A program made the position numbers and the translations under genes. The notes beneath the pieces are model-generated. The model was not told the origin of the DNA. It did not search any database and saw only the letters and a list, made by a program, of their open reading frames with translations. From contig OZ024752.1 of assembly GCA_964016885.1 (NCBI GenBank), forward strand, positions 35,030,001-35,094,000: DNA of 64,000 nt, read 5' to 3'. Source of the stretch: Eledone cirrhosa (Eukaryota). Positions 13,021 through 25,867 of this stretch are shown piece after piece; positions within the stretch are counted from its first letter, which is position 1; each line of letters starts with the position of its first letter.

Positions 13021-14020
13021 TTGGAACTTGGTGAGACATTTGACAATCGAGTGCATCCTATATGGGGTATAATTACAGCATGGTGTGTAAATTTCCCTGG
13101 TTAGAGAGATTGCTCCAGTTTCTTTTATTAAGGGTTCATTAAGCTGAATAACAATTTCTTGTGAAAGATTAAGAGTAGGTGGAAAGTTGAGACAGGGGGA
13201 CCTTAAGAGGAACTCCCTCCATCAAGCAAATGTTTTGGTCCTTAATTCCTAACACTAAAGGAGCCAGGTCCACCTAGGTTATGAATCCTAGGTGTCTTCC
13301 AGCAGTTGCTAAAATATCTGCAGGATCTTAATCACTTTTAGGATTTTCTTCTCTATTACCCTAACCCCTAGGTACACTTATAATGTTGGGGTGTAGAAGC
13401 CATGTTGATAAGTCTGTTAATCTGTTTACCTGTATTTCTGTGTAGTATCTGTTTTTTTGTAACCTACCAAACAGAAATAGAACAACTTATTTGGATAATG
13501 TAGTTCTAGACAAGCAAATGTCCGAGGAACGGACAGGGTGGTCATGGTTGGAACACCTTTGATCATGGGTGTGTCCAGACAGGACAGACCTGAGGCTAAA
13601 CAACAACAGTTAACCTATAAATCATAAAGCTATTGCTCATCTGAAAACTGAATGCGTGACCCAACTTTCATTATTTGAATAATTATATATATATATAACA
13701 AAAATATCACTATTTCATTATATGAAGAAATATATATATATATAAATAAACATAATTATCGTTATTTCATTAATGGTCACCACATTAAAGTAATTTTTTT
13801 TTTTTTTTTGTTTAATTTATTCTCCATATATTTTTTTCTTCAGTTTGTTAACTGTTTTATTTCATCATTATTATTATTATTATTATTATTATTGTAAATT
13901 GGTTGTGGCCACTACTTTTCATTCCACAAACACATTTTTTGCCACAACTATTATTATTATTATTATTATTATTATAGTGTTTTTCCCATATATCATCCAT
14001 AGATTTAAGTCTACTCTTTG

Positions 14021-14054
<34 letters not shown>

Positions 14055-14241
14055 TAATTGTATATATATATTTGTATATATATATATATTGTATATATAT
14101 ATATTTTAATTTGTTTTCAAACCAAACCAAACCAACCAACCAAATTATTATTATAGTTAACGTAACAGATTCCTGTTCTTGGCCCACATCATATAGATAG
14201 TATGGTGTAGGCAACATATCACATAGTTTATGTTTTTGACA

Positions 14242-14247
14242 AATAAA
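14242..14247 (+). promoter_or_regulatory. Candidate distal polyadenylation signal
   Basis: AATAAA followed about 25 nt later by a strong GT/T-rich tract (14270-14310). Confidence 0.4.
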
Positions 14248-15217
14248 TGTTCATTTCATTTTTACAACTTTTCTGTTGTTTTTTTTGTTTTTGTTTTTTT
14301 TTTTTTCGTTTTGGAGGGGGCTGGGTGCCTTTGGTGTGTTTGATATGGTCATTGTTTTCTTTCCTTCCCATGATACAGGCATGGGTTGAATGGGTCTTTG
14401 GGTCCAATTTTGAGGTATCATTTTAATGTTTAATGTCCTGCCTCTTTAGTTAGCCATTCAGCCAATGTCAGGAGATGGTGTAGCTATTCTAACACATTGT
14501 ATGGTTTATGTAGACCCGTTATGTCAACCATTGCTAACCGGGAAAAGCAAGCATTAAAGGGGGTAGCAAGATGAAATAATTAAGTTCGGTTTGCAATCAT
14601 GGGGTTCTGGACTAGATCCCACTGTGTAACATCTAGGGGAAGTTTCTTTTACTCCTGACCTCATGATAACCCAAACTTTGTGGCTTAAATTTGGGTGAAT
14701 TGGAAATAGATGGATTATACTTGAAATTCAAAGGTCCGGATCAGCTTTATCATAATATCACGTTGATTCCTGCCTGAGGAATACTTTTGGGTATTGGAGG
14801 TGTGTGGCCTAGTGGTTAGAGTATTGGGTTTACGATCATAATGCCGTGGGTTTGATTCCTTGACTGGATAGAACATGATTGTACATAAGCGAGATGCAGG
14901 TCCCTAGCCAGTCAGGGAAGTCAGTAGCCCCACTCCAGTACTGAATTGGTCTATGTAGACCCATCCAACCCTTACTAGCAGGGGAAAGCCGACGTTAAAA
15001 CGATAATTGTTTCTATTTTAAGCACAAGGCCAGCAATAACCAGTGCATTACTGGTACTTTATTTTATCGACCCTGTAAGGATGAAAAGCAAAGTAAATGA
15101 CTCAATATATTAGCAAATGAGTGAAACTCCCCAAATACAATATTTTACTCATAATTTAGGGATGTAATATTTTTAAATCCCCCCCCCCCTCTCTCTCTCT
15201 CACACACACTTATCTTT

Positions 15218-15394
15218 CTCTTTCCACAGGATGACTGGAGTTTTAAAAAGTAATTCATCTTTTAGTTCTCTCTCTCACACTCTTACCTTCTATAAAGACA
15301 TGAGATTAATAATTTCACATATATGTGCCTGTGTTAATATATATATGTGTGTGTTAAAAATATATATATATATATTTGTGTGTCTCTTTGTGTT

Positions 15395-15431
<37 letters not shown>

Positions 15432-15812
15432 GTAATAATAATAAAATTGAAGACTAAAATCCAAAGAGGGCTCGATAAGGAAAATATATATCAAATATAT
15501 AAGAACCGTAGAGTAAATATTTATTAAAATAACAGATTAAAGTTTAAGCAAAGAATCGCTGCTTTCACCCTTAACGGGATCTTCTGAAACACACATATAT
15601 ATATTAACACAGACACATATATGTGAAATTATTAATCTCATGTCTTTATAGAAGGTAAGAGTGTGAGTGAGAGAGAGAGAACTAAAAGATGAATTACTTT
15701 TTAAAACTCCAGTCATCCTGTGGAAAGAGTAAATTATGAGTTTCAGAAGATCCCGTTAAGGGTGAAAGCAGCGATTCTTTGCTTAAACTTTAATCTGTTA
15801 TTTTAATAAATA
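15218..15812. mobile_element. Interleaved inverted duplication (A-P-A'-P') around a TA-embedded element
   Basis: 15218-15345 inverted at about 15598-15729; 15517-15590 inverted at 15740-15813; P segment recurs at 46420-46487. Confidence 0.8.
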
Positions 15813-15822
15813 TATATATATA

Positions 15823-16084
15823 TAAAATAAAGTTAAATAAAAAGTCAAATGTTTAAAATTTAGCTTCGTTTATTACTGCTATATATATTTCAGTGACAGC
15901 CATCTTTGGCTGTCACTGAAATATATATAGCAGTAATAAACGAAGCTAAATTTTAAACATTTGACTTTTTATTTAACTTTATTTTACATTACTCCGGAGT
16001 AACCAAACCTACCTGCGCACTTCGTCGAGTGCTCCAGCCTGCATACTGAGGTGTTGGTATACAACCAACATATACTCAAAATCT
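15823..16084 (+). mobile_element. Fold-back palindrome (about 80-bp arms, TCTT loop) plus ~97-bp tail, TA-flanked
   Basis: Palindrome 15823-15986 centred on agtgacagcca-tctt-tggctgtcact, followed by GAAA-tatata-TA (hammerhead 3' half). Confidence 0.75.
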
Positions 16085-16739
16085 ATATATATATATATAT
16101 ATATATATATGTCTGTGTGTGTTAAAAAAAAAAAAATATGTCTCCCTGTGTTAAAAAAATATATATTTATATATGTCTCTCTGTGTTAGAGACATATTTA
16201 TGTGTCTATGTGTGTGATATATTGTGAAATATATTGGCTAACTGAGAAATCTATTAAGAAGGGCTGTTTAGCTTTTGACGCCCCATATTGCAATAAATAT
16301 CAAACAAAAACCACAACAGTTTCATTGTGGTCTTAAGTGTTTGAGTAACTCTTAAGAGCAGTTCTTAATGGTTCATTTTAGTTTCCACATATTACTAAAG
16401 TAGAACAGGGCTGACTGGGAGCAGACAACAGTTTCTCACAGAATTCTTGCTACTATATTCACCTGTATAGACTGGGAGAGAAAGAAATTCTTTTCTTGAC
16501 CAACATTAAACTGTTTCATTGTTTATATATCATAAATTAGAAACAAAAGAAAAAAATGCCGATAGAAATGAGTAACAGAAAACAATATCTAGTCTAGAAA
16601 AATTAATGTGTAGTAAGTTTCTTCTTGGGAACTAAAATATCGGCACTAAGAGTGGGTGGGCAGCACATACAGCATGTAGGGTCCTGGTTCTCCTGTGGCA
16701 GTCGTATGGGTGCTGTATTAACATACGCTGTTTCTAGTG

Positions 16740-16925
16740 AAGGTGAGTGGTTAGAGAATTGGATTCGCAAGCGTGAGGTTGTCAGTCCGATTCCCGAACC
16801 GGGCGATGCGTTGTGTCCTTAGGCAAGACACTTTATTTCACGTTGCTCCTTCTACCTGGAGTTGCGACCGATAGATAGTACTAGCAATGGAAACATTGTT
16901 TCCTCGGTCCGATTTGACGAAAGTC
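16740..16925 (+). mobile_element. tRNA-derived SINE (same family as 12763)
   Basis: Shared head, core and 3' domain. Confidence 0.75.
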
Positions 16926-18129
16926 GATCGACTGTTGTGTTGTGTTTCTAGGGTATTTTTAAACCTTTCTAGTTACAATGGTAACTAGACTATCGTGCCA
17001 TTCTTGTGTGTGGCTTATTGCAATTCTCAATTCTTCTGCCTTCTGTTGCCAGTACCTAGATTTAACCGGGTGGGCTGGGAGACAAAATGCCCTGGGCACT
17101 CTTTGTCAGGGCGCTCCTCTAAGAACAGTCCACCCACCCACAAGAAGAAAACTGATCTGCCCTGGACCCCTCAAGATCTAAATATGGCCCTGCCTGTTGC
17201 TACTATTATAATTATGTTCTCGTGAGATTTTGTAGTTTGTGTCAGTCTGGAAGTAATTCTAGGTTTTCATTGTCAATATAGTAACTTCTAATTTTTATCA
17301 CTGTTGGGCCTAATTTCTTTTCTATAACAGTATTTTAAATTTCCTGAATTTAGAGTCAAACCAATCTGTATTTTCAGTCGGATTTGCTTGAAGTAGTTTT
17401 AAATCTGTCATACGCAATGTTTCAGATATGCCCACTTCAAGTCAGTTGTCAGCTCTTCTTACAAGTCTCATTAGATAAGTACCTTGTTCAAATTTCATTT
17501 TGTAAATCGTGGTACAAAGTTTGTTGGGGTTTTTTTTTATTCTGTATTTAGCAGGCCAATGGTTGTACTTCTGGCATGTGTCGAAAGATACTTTAGATCT
17601 TAATAACAGACGCATTTTAGCAGTTTACTCCAAACATAACTTAAGTGTTGTGGATATTTATCTCTTTTGTTCTTTGCCACTGTATAATGATAAAAAGCAA
17701 TCATGTAAATGTTTGAGCAAGGGTTGCTGCCATGTTTACCTGGTTTTGGTTAGTTATTTTATCTAAATTTAAATTAAGTTATTTGTCACTACTGGTTCAA
17801 ATTTATTACATAGAACTAGCAGAAGCCTTATGGTCAAGTTGCAGCCACCAACATGATTACCCATAGCTATGGTCTAATTTCTAGAATTCCATATCCTGGT
17901 GTTAAAGTCTTTTATTAGTAAACAGCTTGACCATATGAAGTATGTTGCATTCATTGGGGTTAATCATTGTTGGAGTATGGTATGGTTCTGTAACTCCTGG
18001 GGGAGTCGTAGAGGTGCCGTAGTAGCATTTTTGGGACATTTTAAGCCTGGCGGAGCCCACCCATCCCTCTCTAGGGATGAATACAGCAGATTTCTTCTGG
18101 AGAAGGATAGAAAGTTAGTAAGAAATATA

Positions 18130-18607
18130 GAAGGAAGAATTGACCCTAGTATTTGTCTGGTACTTTTATTTTATCGACCTCGAATAGATAAAAGGCAAAG
18201 ATGACCTCGGCGGTATTTGAACAGGAGAAAAATACTGCAAAGCATGCAAGCAGAAATAATTGTTTCTACTTTTGGCACAAGGCCAGCAATTATATCAGTG
18301 TATCACTGGTACTTTATTTTATCGACCTCGAATAGATAAAAGGCAAAGATGACCTCGGCAGTATTTGAACAGGAGAAAAATACTGCAAAGTATGCAAGCA
18401 GAAATAATTGTTTCTACTTTTGGCACAAGGCCAGCAATTATATCAGTGCATTACTGGTACTTTATTTTATCGACCCCCCCCCCCCCCCCCCCCCGTAAGG
18501 ATGAAAGGCAAAGTTAACCTCGGCGGGATTTGAACTCAGACCATAAAGGACCGTAACTCTTTGCTGCAAAGCATGGCGTCCGACCTTCTTCCGATACTGC
18601 CAATCCA
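18130..18607 (-). mobile_element. Deu/Nin-type SINE preceded by tandemly duplicated SINE fragments
   Basis: 'ctggtactttattttatcgacc...aaaggcaaag' occurs three times; the last copy is full length. Confidence 0.8.
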
Positions 18608-19029
18608 AATAATGATTAAATAAAAAAGAAGATAGAATAAACTGTTTTGTTGTTCTACTTGTGTTATGTCACACTCCAGAAATGGCATTTCTTTTTTATG
18701 ACAACAGTTTACGAACTACACCGCGGTACAGAAAACCATTTTGCTGTATTTTTTTTTCCTCGTAATATCTTCGAGAATAATTAGTAGCTTATAAAATAGG
18801 GTGAAGGTCCTTTAAAGACGGCGAAAAGAAAGATGTTGCCATCGGCTGCTATAAAGAATCGAACTACACATCACTCAGATACGATAAGAGTTATCAGGGA
18901 CTATGTAACCAAAAGACCGTGACAAGTCTTACCATCTTAAATTATTCAGCTATCTCAATAACTGGTGTGTGTGTCTATATATATATATATGTATATATAT
19001 ATGATTATATATGTATATATATATATATA

Positions 19030-19812
19030 TAGTAGAATAATCGAGTATCGAAAAATCGGCGCACGAGTTCACGATAAACAAAATTCGACATGAGTGGCAG
19101 AGGGCTCAATAATTCAGAGAAATCAGAGCTATAACTATCGTTAAAATACCAACACACATAGATTATGTCTAAAATCAACCATACGACCGAAAAATTACGA
19201 TCAGGAAGATTCGGGTCACTCAGATAAAATATCAATAAATCAATAAATCATGTGAATGTAAAAAGCTTACCCGGACCCACTAGAAAGATGGTAAATCTAG
19301 CTTCTTGGGTTTCTGTAAATCCTTAAACCGCCCACTATCAGCCCACATAAAAATATATAAGACTTCTAGAGAGCGGCGGACAGGAAATACTTTATCAACG
19401 AGCTTTGTCCAGACGAATAAAAAAGCCAACCCTAGCTGAAAACGCACATGGAATCCAGCAAGGGAGATAACCTCTATATCCGCGAAAAATATTCGGGAAT
19501 GTGGAAAATCACATATCGAATAAGAGTGCTCAATAGACATGTTAAAATAAACAGGAGCTATTCATCATTTAATAGAATCGACAAAAAATGAACAATAAAA
19601 TTAACTGGTCAATAGCTAAGTCTAGAGCTAAATATAGTAGAATAATCGAGTATCGAAAAATCGGCGCACGAGTTCACGATAAACAAAATTCGACATGAGT
19701 GGCAGAGGGCTCAATAATTCAGAGAAATCAGAGCTATAACTATCGTTAAAATACCAACACACATAGATTATGTCTAAAATCAACCATACGACCGAAAAAC
19801 TACGATCAGGAA
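19030..19812. mobile_element. TA-embedded element with ~180-bp direct terminal repeats
   Basis: 19030-19207 repeated almost exactly at 19635-19812; (TA)n on both sides; no ORF. Confidence 0.65.
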
Positions 19813-20027
19813 ATGTATATATATATATATGTATATACATATATATGTGTATATACATATATATGTATATATACATATATATATGTGTATATACATATAT
19901 ATGTATATATACATATATATATGTATATATACATATATATGTACATATATATATATATATATGTACATATATATATATGTACATATATATATGTACATAT
20001 ATATATATATATGTACATATATATATA

Positions 20028-20114
<87 letters not shown>

Positions 20115-20437
20115 GTACGTATATATATGTACGTATATATATATATATATATGTACGTATATATATATATATATATGTACGTATATATATATATATATAT
20201 GTACGTATGTACGTATATATATATGTACGTATGTACGTATATATATATGTACGTATGTACGTATATATATATGTACGTATGTACATATATATACATATAT
20301 GTACCTATGTACATATATATACATATATGTACGTATATACATATATATACAGTTATGTGTGCATATATATATATATATATATATACAGTGATGTACGTAT
20401 ATATATATATATACATGTATGTACATATATACGTATT
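19813..20437. repeat. Compound (TA)n/(TACG/TATG)n microsatellite
   Basis: Direct reading. Confidence 0.95.
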
Positions 20438-20439
20438 AT

Positions 20440-20964
20440 GTCAGGTCACCAGTTGGTGTTACTAGTAACATGTATCCCAGTACAACCTGTCTCATGGTCG
20501 GGTCGTTGGCGACTAAACTGGCAACCCCACCAAGGTTTCTTGATGAGGAGGGTCGGGAGAGATGACCCCTTAGCCTTTGTCAAGGCAGAATTCTAGGAGA
20601 AGGAAAACTCTGATATAACACCTGCAACCCTGATGGTATCCAATGATGTTGACTTGTTCTTCTTTTTGGTAAATATCATCTTGGTTAAGAGAGTGGGACT
20701 GGCTTTGTGCAGTGCCTTTGCTCACTATAAAAGCTTCACAGCACAGGCATTGCTTTATATCTGGAGATCTCTCTGCACTTGTCATCACATGGTACCATGG
20801 GCCCAGCACTATGTGTCAATAATTGTCACAAGTGTAGTGTTTGTATCAGAGTTTTCAAGTCGCTGGCTGGACTAAAAAGTCACACTCGTTCAGCGCATCA
20901 GTAGGGGTTCTCCTACAGGGATATAAAGTAGTGGCCGTACTCGAAAACGAGTTGGCAGCCACCA
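20440..20964 (+). mobile_element. Non-autonomous RTE (BovB-like) derivative: 5' UTR joined to 3' end
   Basis: RTE-like 5' motif 'ctaggagaaggaaaactctga'; 3' part encodes C2H2 finger [25 protein letters not shown]; terminal hairpin ctcg-aaaa-cgag; inverted copy at 36288-36898. Confidence 0.7.
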
Positions 20965-20998
20965 TATACATATATATATACATGTATGTACATATATA

Positions 20999-21053
<55 letters not shown>

Positions 21054-21762
21054 GTATATATATATGTGTGTGTGTACATATATATGTTCATATATACGTA
21101 TATATAATATATATATATTTAATTCTAAGAAGCCACACTCCCTATGCTGGCACAACCTTTACGCTATCTAAACTAGTATTTTTTTTCTTAAATTCTAAGA
21201 ATCCACCCCCACCCTGTCGCTTACATACAACTATAAGTATGATGGTGACATTACTTTGAAGTTTAGTTTGTTATATAGCGTTATTGGCTTTAACCGATTA
21301 GATATTTCCCTTATCTCTATATCCAACGATTAAACATCCGACTAACGTGTGAAAAAATGTTGAATATGTACAGGAAATGTAAATATATACCCAACTAGAT
21401 GTTTCATTTGTTTGTTGATTTTTGGTTTTTCAAAATCCATTTGAAAATATTTGTGAAAAATGAGATAAATGAGAGGAATGTTTGAAGCATTGCTTTAACT
21501 ACTACTACCCCACCCTAAACAATTTCATCACAGCTAACATGGAACAATGGACGCAAAGTGTATTGCAATTAGTTAGGAATGAAAACTGGAACATAATAAT
21601 TTCTTTATACTTCCGTTCGTTAATGTTTTCATTGCGGAATATTTTCAATGTGTTTTTGTTATAGGCCTTAACCCTTTAACATTTACAGTATCGGTAGAGG
21701 GTCGAACGCCATGCTTTGTAGCACAGTTACGGCCCTTTACGGGGTCGATAAAATAAAGTAGA

Positions 21763-22196
21763 AGTAATAATAATAATAATAATAATGAAATTATTGTGTA
21801 CAGTGCTCAGGTGCACTACAACTCATCAAAGGTGCATGTATAGTACATAGAATAATAAAGTGTCAGGAAAATGAACAGTGTATGAGTCATGATATAATAA
21901 CAATAACAATAATGAAATATTGTGTACAGTGCCCAGGTGCACCACAACTCATCAAAAAAGTGCATGTACAGTACATAGGGCAATGCACAAACATCAGTAA
22001 AATGAACAGTGCACGAGTCATGATACACACATGTGTGCATGTGTATGGAAGGGGTACATCAGGTGTAGTTTTGGCGTATTTCGGGAAGCATGAGTGTCTT
22101 AAAGGATGCAGTGTCTCGGCAGCTAACAACTGATGCAGGCAGTTTGTTCCATGCTTCAGCAACTCTGAGCGTGAAAAAATGTCTACGAAAGTCATG
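21763..22196 (-). pseudogene. CR1/L2-group LINE 3' end
   Basis: Minus strand encodes HDFRRHFFTLRVAEAWNKLPASVVSCRDTASFKTL (typical CR1 ORF2 C-terminus), then a partly duplicated 3'UTR and (TTA)n tail. Confidence 0.8.
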
Positions 22197-22294
22197 TTTA
22201 TAAACGGTTTAGACATTATATTTGTAATGTTTAGACATTATATTTGTAAAGTCATGTTTATAAACGGTTTAGACATTATATTTGTAATGTCTTA

Positions 22295-22488
22295 GGGCGG
22301 TGGATTGGCAGTATCGGTAGAGGGTCGGACACCATGCTTTATAGCATAGAGTTACGCCCCTTTACGGTCTGAGTTCAAATCCCGCCGAAGTTAACTTTGC
22401 CTTTCATCCTTGCGGGGTCGATAAAATAAAGTACCAGTAATGCACTGAGATAATTGCTGGCCATGTGCCAAAAGTAGAAACAATTATT
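22295..22488 (+). mobile_element. Deu/Nin-type tRNA SINE, full length
   Basis: ggcggtggattggcagtatcggtaga...GAGTTCAAATCCC...gcctttcatcctt.cggggtcgataaaataaagtaccag...gtagaaacaatta. Confidence 0.85.
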
Positions 22489-23111
22489 CTATATTTACTA
22501 TTGTATTTTTGTGGTAAAGGCTTTAACTGACATACTTATCTCACATAATATCGAATCCATGAGATTTTGCTATTATTCATTTTGAGAACAATACCTTAAA
22601 AAGGGATGAGCAGCGGGTTACGGCCGGGTTGAACAGATAGAGGTGAGATAATTCTAACCGAATACGAACGGTTTAAATACTAAAGGGTTAAGCATAAACT
22701 CAGAATTCTTTTCACAATGCCTTTCAATTTCATGTTGTTTTTTTTAATGATCGATAGACACATTTTATTAGAAAAATCCACATTTTTAATCACATAAAAA
22801 TAATAATAAAGAATTTAATATTTACATTCGAGAGAACATAGGAGCTTTAAACGAGCAGTGTATGCGATAACGTATTCATTGGGTCACCATGACTGGTTTA
22901 AAGCAACTAGGGGACTCTAAACTAGAAAACCATTTGGATCTTCGGTGTCTGTTTGCAAGGGACTTAAAGATAGCATAATATTTTATTACAATTGTATAAC
23001 TTTGCAGTAGAATAATATTGCAAATGTGTTTTAAATATATACATAAATAACATTACGAATGCGTAAACAACATTATAAATTGCTCGCTGTTCAGAAAGAC
23101 ATTACAAATAT

Positions 23112-23303
23112 AATTGTTTCTACTTTTGGCACAATGCTAGCAATTATCCCAGTGCATTACTGGTACTTTATTTTATCGACCCCGCAAGGATGAAAGGCAA
23201 AGTTAACTTCGGCAGGATTTGAACTCAGACCGTAAAGGGGCGTAACTCTATGCTATAAAGCATGATGTCCGACCCTCTACCGATACCCCCATTCCACCGC
23301 CCT
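23112..23303 (-). mobile_element. Deu/Nin-type SINE, full length, with probable TSD
   Basis: Reverse copy flanked by aagacattacaaatataat / aagacgttacaaatataat. Confidence 0.85.
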
Positions 23304-23581
23304 AAGACGTTACAAATATAATGTCTAAACCGTTTATAAACATACATATAGATTGATGCTGAGATTCCAGCATTGATCCGTGCCGACCTCTAAAACAGAG
23401 ATGAGACTCAAATGATGAGAAATATATTTAATAACAATTATAATATTCTAAATTTTATAAATATATTTAAAATAGGACTATGAAGCCTTGGACCGTAGCT
23501 TACCTAGCCCAAAGGTAAATCTGGTGTTATACGTTACATTGGGAAAGATAAAGATATTTGAACTTGCTATTTTATTCTATT

Positions 23582-23760
23582 ATTGTGGGAACACATTGAC
23601 GGGAGACGCAGTAGAGGAAGACCTGTTCGAACATTCATTGATCAATTCTCAGACGATACAAACCTCAGTAAGGAGCAGTTGCCAGGAGCAATGGAAAATC
23701 GTGAATTGTGGAGAGACCTTGTCAGCAATGTTCGACTGTGGTCGCAATGATGATGATGAT
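23582..23760 (+). pseudogene. RTE/RTEX LINE 3'-terminal fragment (copy 1 of 4; others 24444-24622, 24711-24885, 26419-26605)
   Basis: Copies encode LWEP..G.R.RGRP...FIDQL.DDT.L..EQLPG.MENRELWR..V; (GAT)n tail in some copies. Confidence 0.75.
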
Positions 23761-24054
23761 CCAACTATCTATATGTCTATCTATCTATCTGTAGGTTGAG
23801 GAAGATAAAAAGAGGGAAGACAGGGAACCCCTACAAAACATGCTCCTGGTGTTGAGGGTTGTTCAGTCTACGGGGTGTAAAACAACCACGCAGTAACGTT
23901 CCCCCCTATTAGGGATTTCAACTGTTATTTTATTTTATATATAGTTTATTTATTAATGTTATTTATTAATGTTAAAGTTGTATAATTTTTATGTAAAATC
24001 CCCGCCGTAATATCCCATTTTTTTTGTACGCCCTTGTGGCAAATAAAGAAAGAT

Positions 24055-24445
24055 ATCTATTCTTTTTTTCAAATACCACTTTGGAAGAAGAATCAGGATG
24101 GAGAGAGAGGTGCTGTACCCCAGCAAGTTTTATGAAAGGTGGGTGAAAGTGGCGAGAATGGCCCGAGTGAATGGGCCTTCTCTCTATATCAGCCTGTAGG
24201 TTGAGGAAAAGGAGGAGGAGAGGAAAGGAGTACAAGCTCTTCGTACTCCTGGAGATGAGGGTTGCACATTTTTTTTCGGGGGTATGTGTTACCCATATAA
24301 ACTGTCTCCCTCTATTGGGGAAAATCGACTAACTTTTAAATTCCCTCTGTGATAACATTTTACACGTTTTTATTGTATGTAAACTTCCCCCTTTGTATTT
24401 GTCCCCTTCTTTTGTGCCCCTGTGGCTAATAAAGAAATATATCTA
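24055..24445 (+). mobile_element. Tx1/L1-clade LINE 3' fragment
   Basis: Near-identical to the 3' half of the 39843-42300 units; ends gtggctAATAAAgaaata-tatcta. Confidence 0.75.
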
Positions 24446-24642
24446 TTGTGGTAACCACCCTCGAGAGACGCAGTGGAGGAAGCTCTGCTCGAACTTTTTT
24501 CGATCAACTTCCAGACGATATAAAACTCAGTAGAAAACAGTTAACAGGAGTAATGGAAAATCGTGAGTTGTGGAGGAACTGTGTTATGAATGTTCGACTG
24601 TGGTCGCAATGGCGATGATGATACAACCATCCATCCAACCAG

Positions 24643-24714
<72 letters not shown>

Positions 24715-25464
24715 TGTGGGACCCACCCTCGGGTGACACAGTAGAGGAAGTTCTGCTCGAACTTTCTTCGATCAACTCCCAGGCGATACAAACCTCAGTA
24801 GAAAACAGTTGCCGGGAACTATAGAAAATCGTGAATTTTGGAGAGACTTTGTCAGAAAATATTTGACTGTGTTTGCAATGGTAATTTTTCTCTCATTCTA
24901 AAAAAAAAAAACACGAATCCGATTTGAGGTCATTTTAGAAATCATTTAACCCGGCATTAGATAAGCTCAAGAGATAAACTCTTTGTGAAACCATTTATAT
25001 TCAGCTGTGCCGTTATTACTCTTTCAAAATACATGTCACAACTTCTAATTTCCTCCCTCTTAAAGAGAAATCTCAAATTTCATGTCAAGTATTATGATGG
25101 TTGCCATGATACCCTAAACGAAATGATTTACAATAGTGTGTGTGTGAGGAGGTCTGTGAGTACATGTGTGGGTGGGGGTGGGGTGGGTGGGTGTATGCGT
25201 TGTTTCTTTATATGGAGGTTGTCCGAAAACTGTTTCGGCGAAACAAAGTGTGTTTAATGAGAAATGATTTTTCGTTTCTTTGATTTATATCTTGAGTTAC
25301 AAAGGAGGAAGGGGGTGACTGATAGAATGGCTTGTCGGGTAGAGTGCCTTGTGTTATTTGTTTAGGTTCTCTGCGATCGGAGTTCAAACCCCTTGCCGAG
25401 GCCTACTTTACACATTCAACGTTTCCTGGTGAATAAGTAAAGTACCAATCCAGTATTGAGTTGG

Positions 25465-25546
<82 letters not shown>

Positions 25547-25562
25547 GACACATATATACATA

Positions 25563-25867
25563 CATGATGGCTGCAAACTCTGTTAAGAGTATTGCAATCG
25601 CTTGTCAGATTATAGAGTTTGGTGCACCTTTAGGCTACGGTCAGCCACACGAACCTGTAACATATCCTGAACAAGCAATGCCTGTGCTTTGAAGGTTTTT
25701 TTAAGTGGAAAAAGGCCTTGTACTCGACCAATCCCACTCTCTGGGCATCGAAAACACTACCCGAAAAGGAGAACTGGTCAGCATCATCGGAGTTTTTTTT
25801 TTCCAGAGCTTCCCTCTCCTAGAAAGATGTTGTGACAACAACTGGGGGCCTTACACTCCCAGGTGGG

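Larger units (their letters stand above)
21672..22687. mobile_element. piggyBac-type MITE split by nested SINE and CR1 insertions
   Basis: TTAA|CCCTTTAACATTTA ... TAAATACTAAAGGG|TTAA; 22485-22687 matches the MITE at 12411. Confidence 0.7.

Noticed and set aside
20443-20530. HDV-like ribozyme at the RTE 5' end
   Set aside because: P2-, P3- and P4-like pairings are visible, but I could not place a P1 3' strand, so it is not called
19628-20596. Long YI/HT/VC-rich ORFs here and at 25.7k, 36.7k, 56-57k and 59.6-62.9k
   Set aside because: Microsatellite translations
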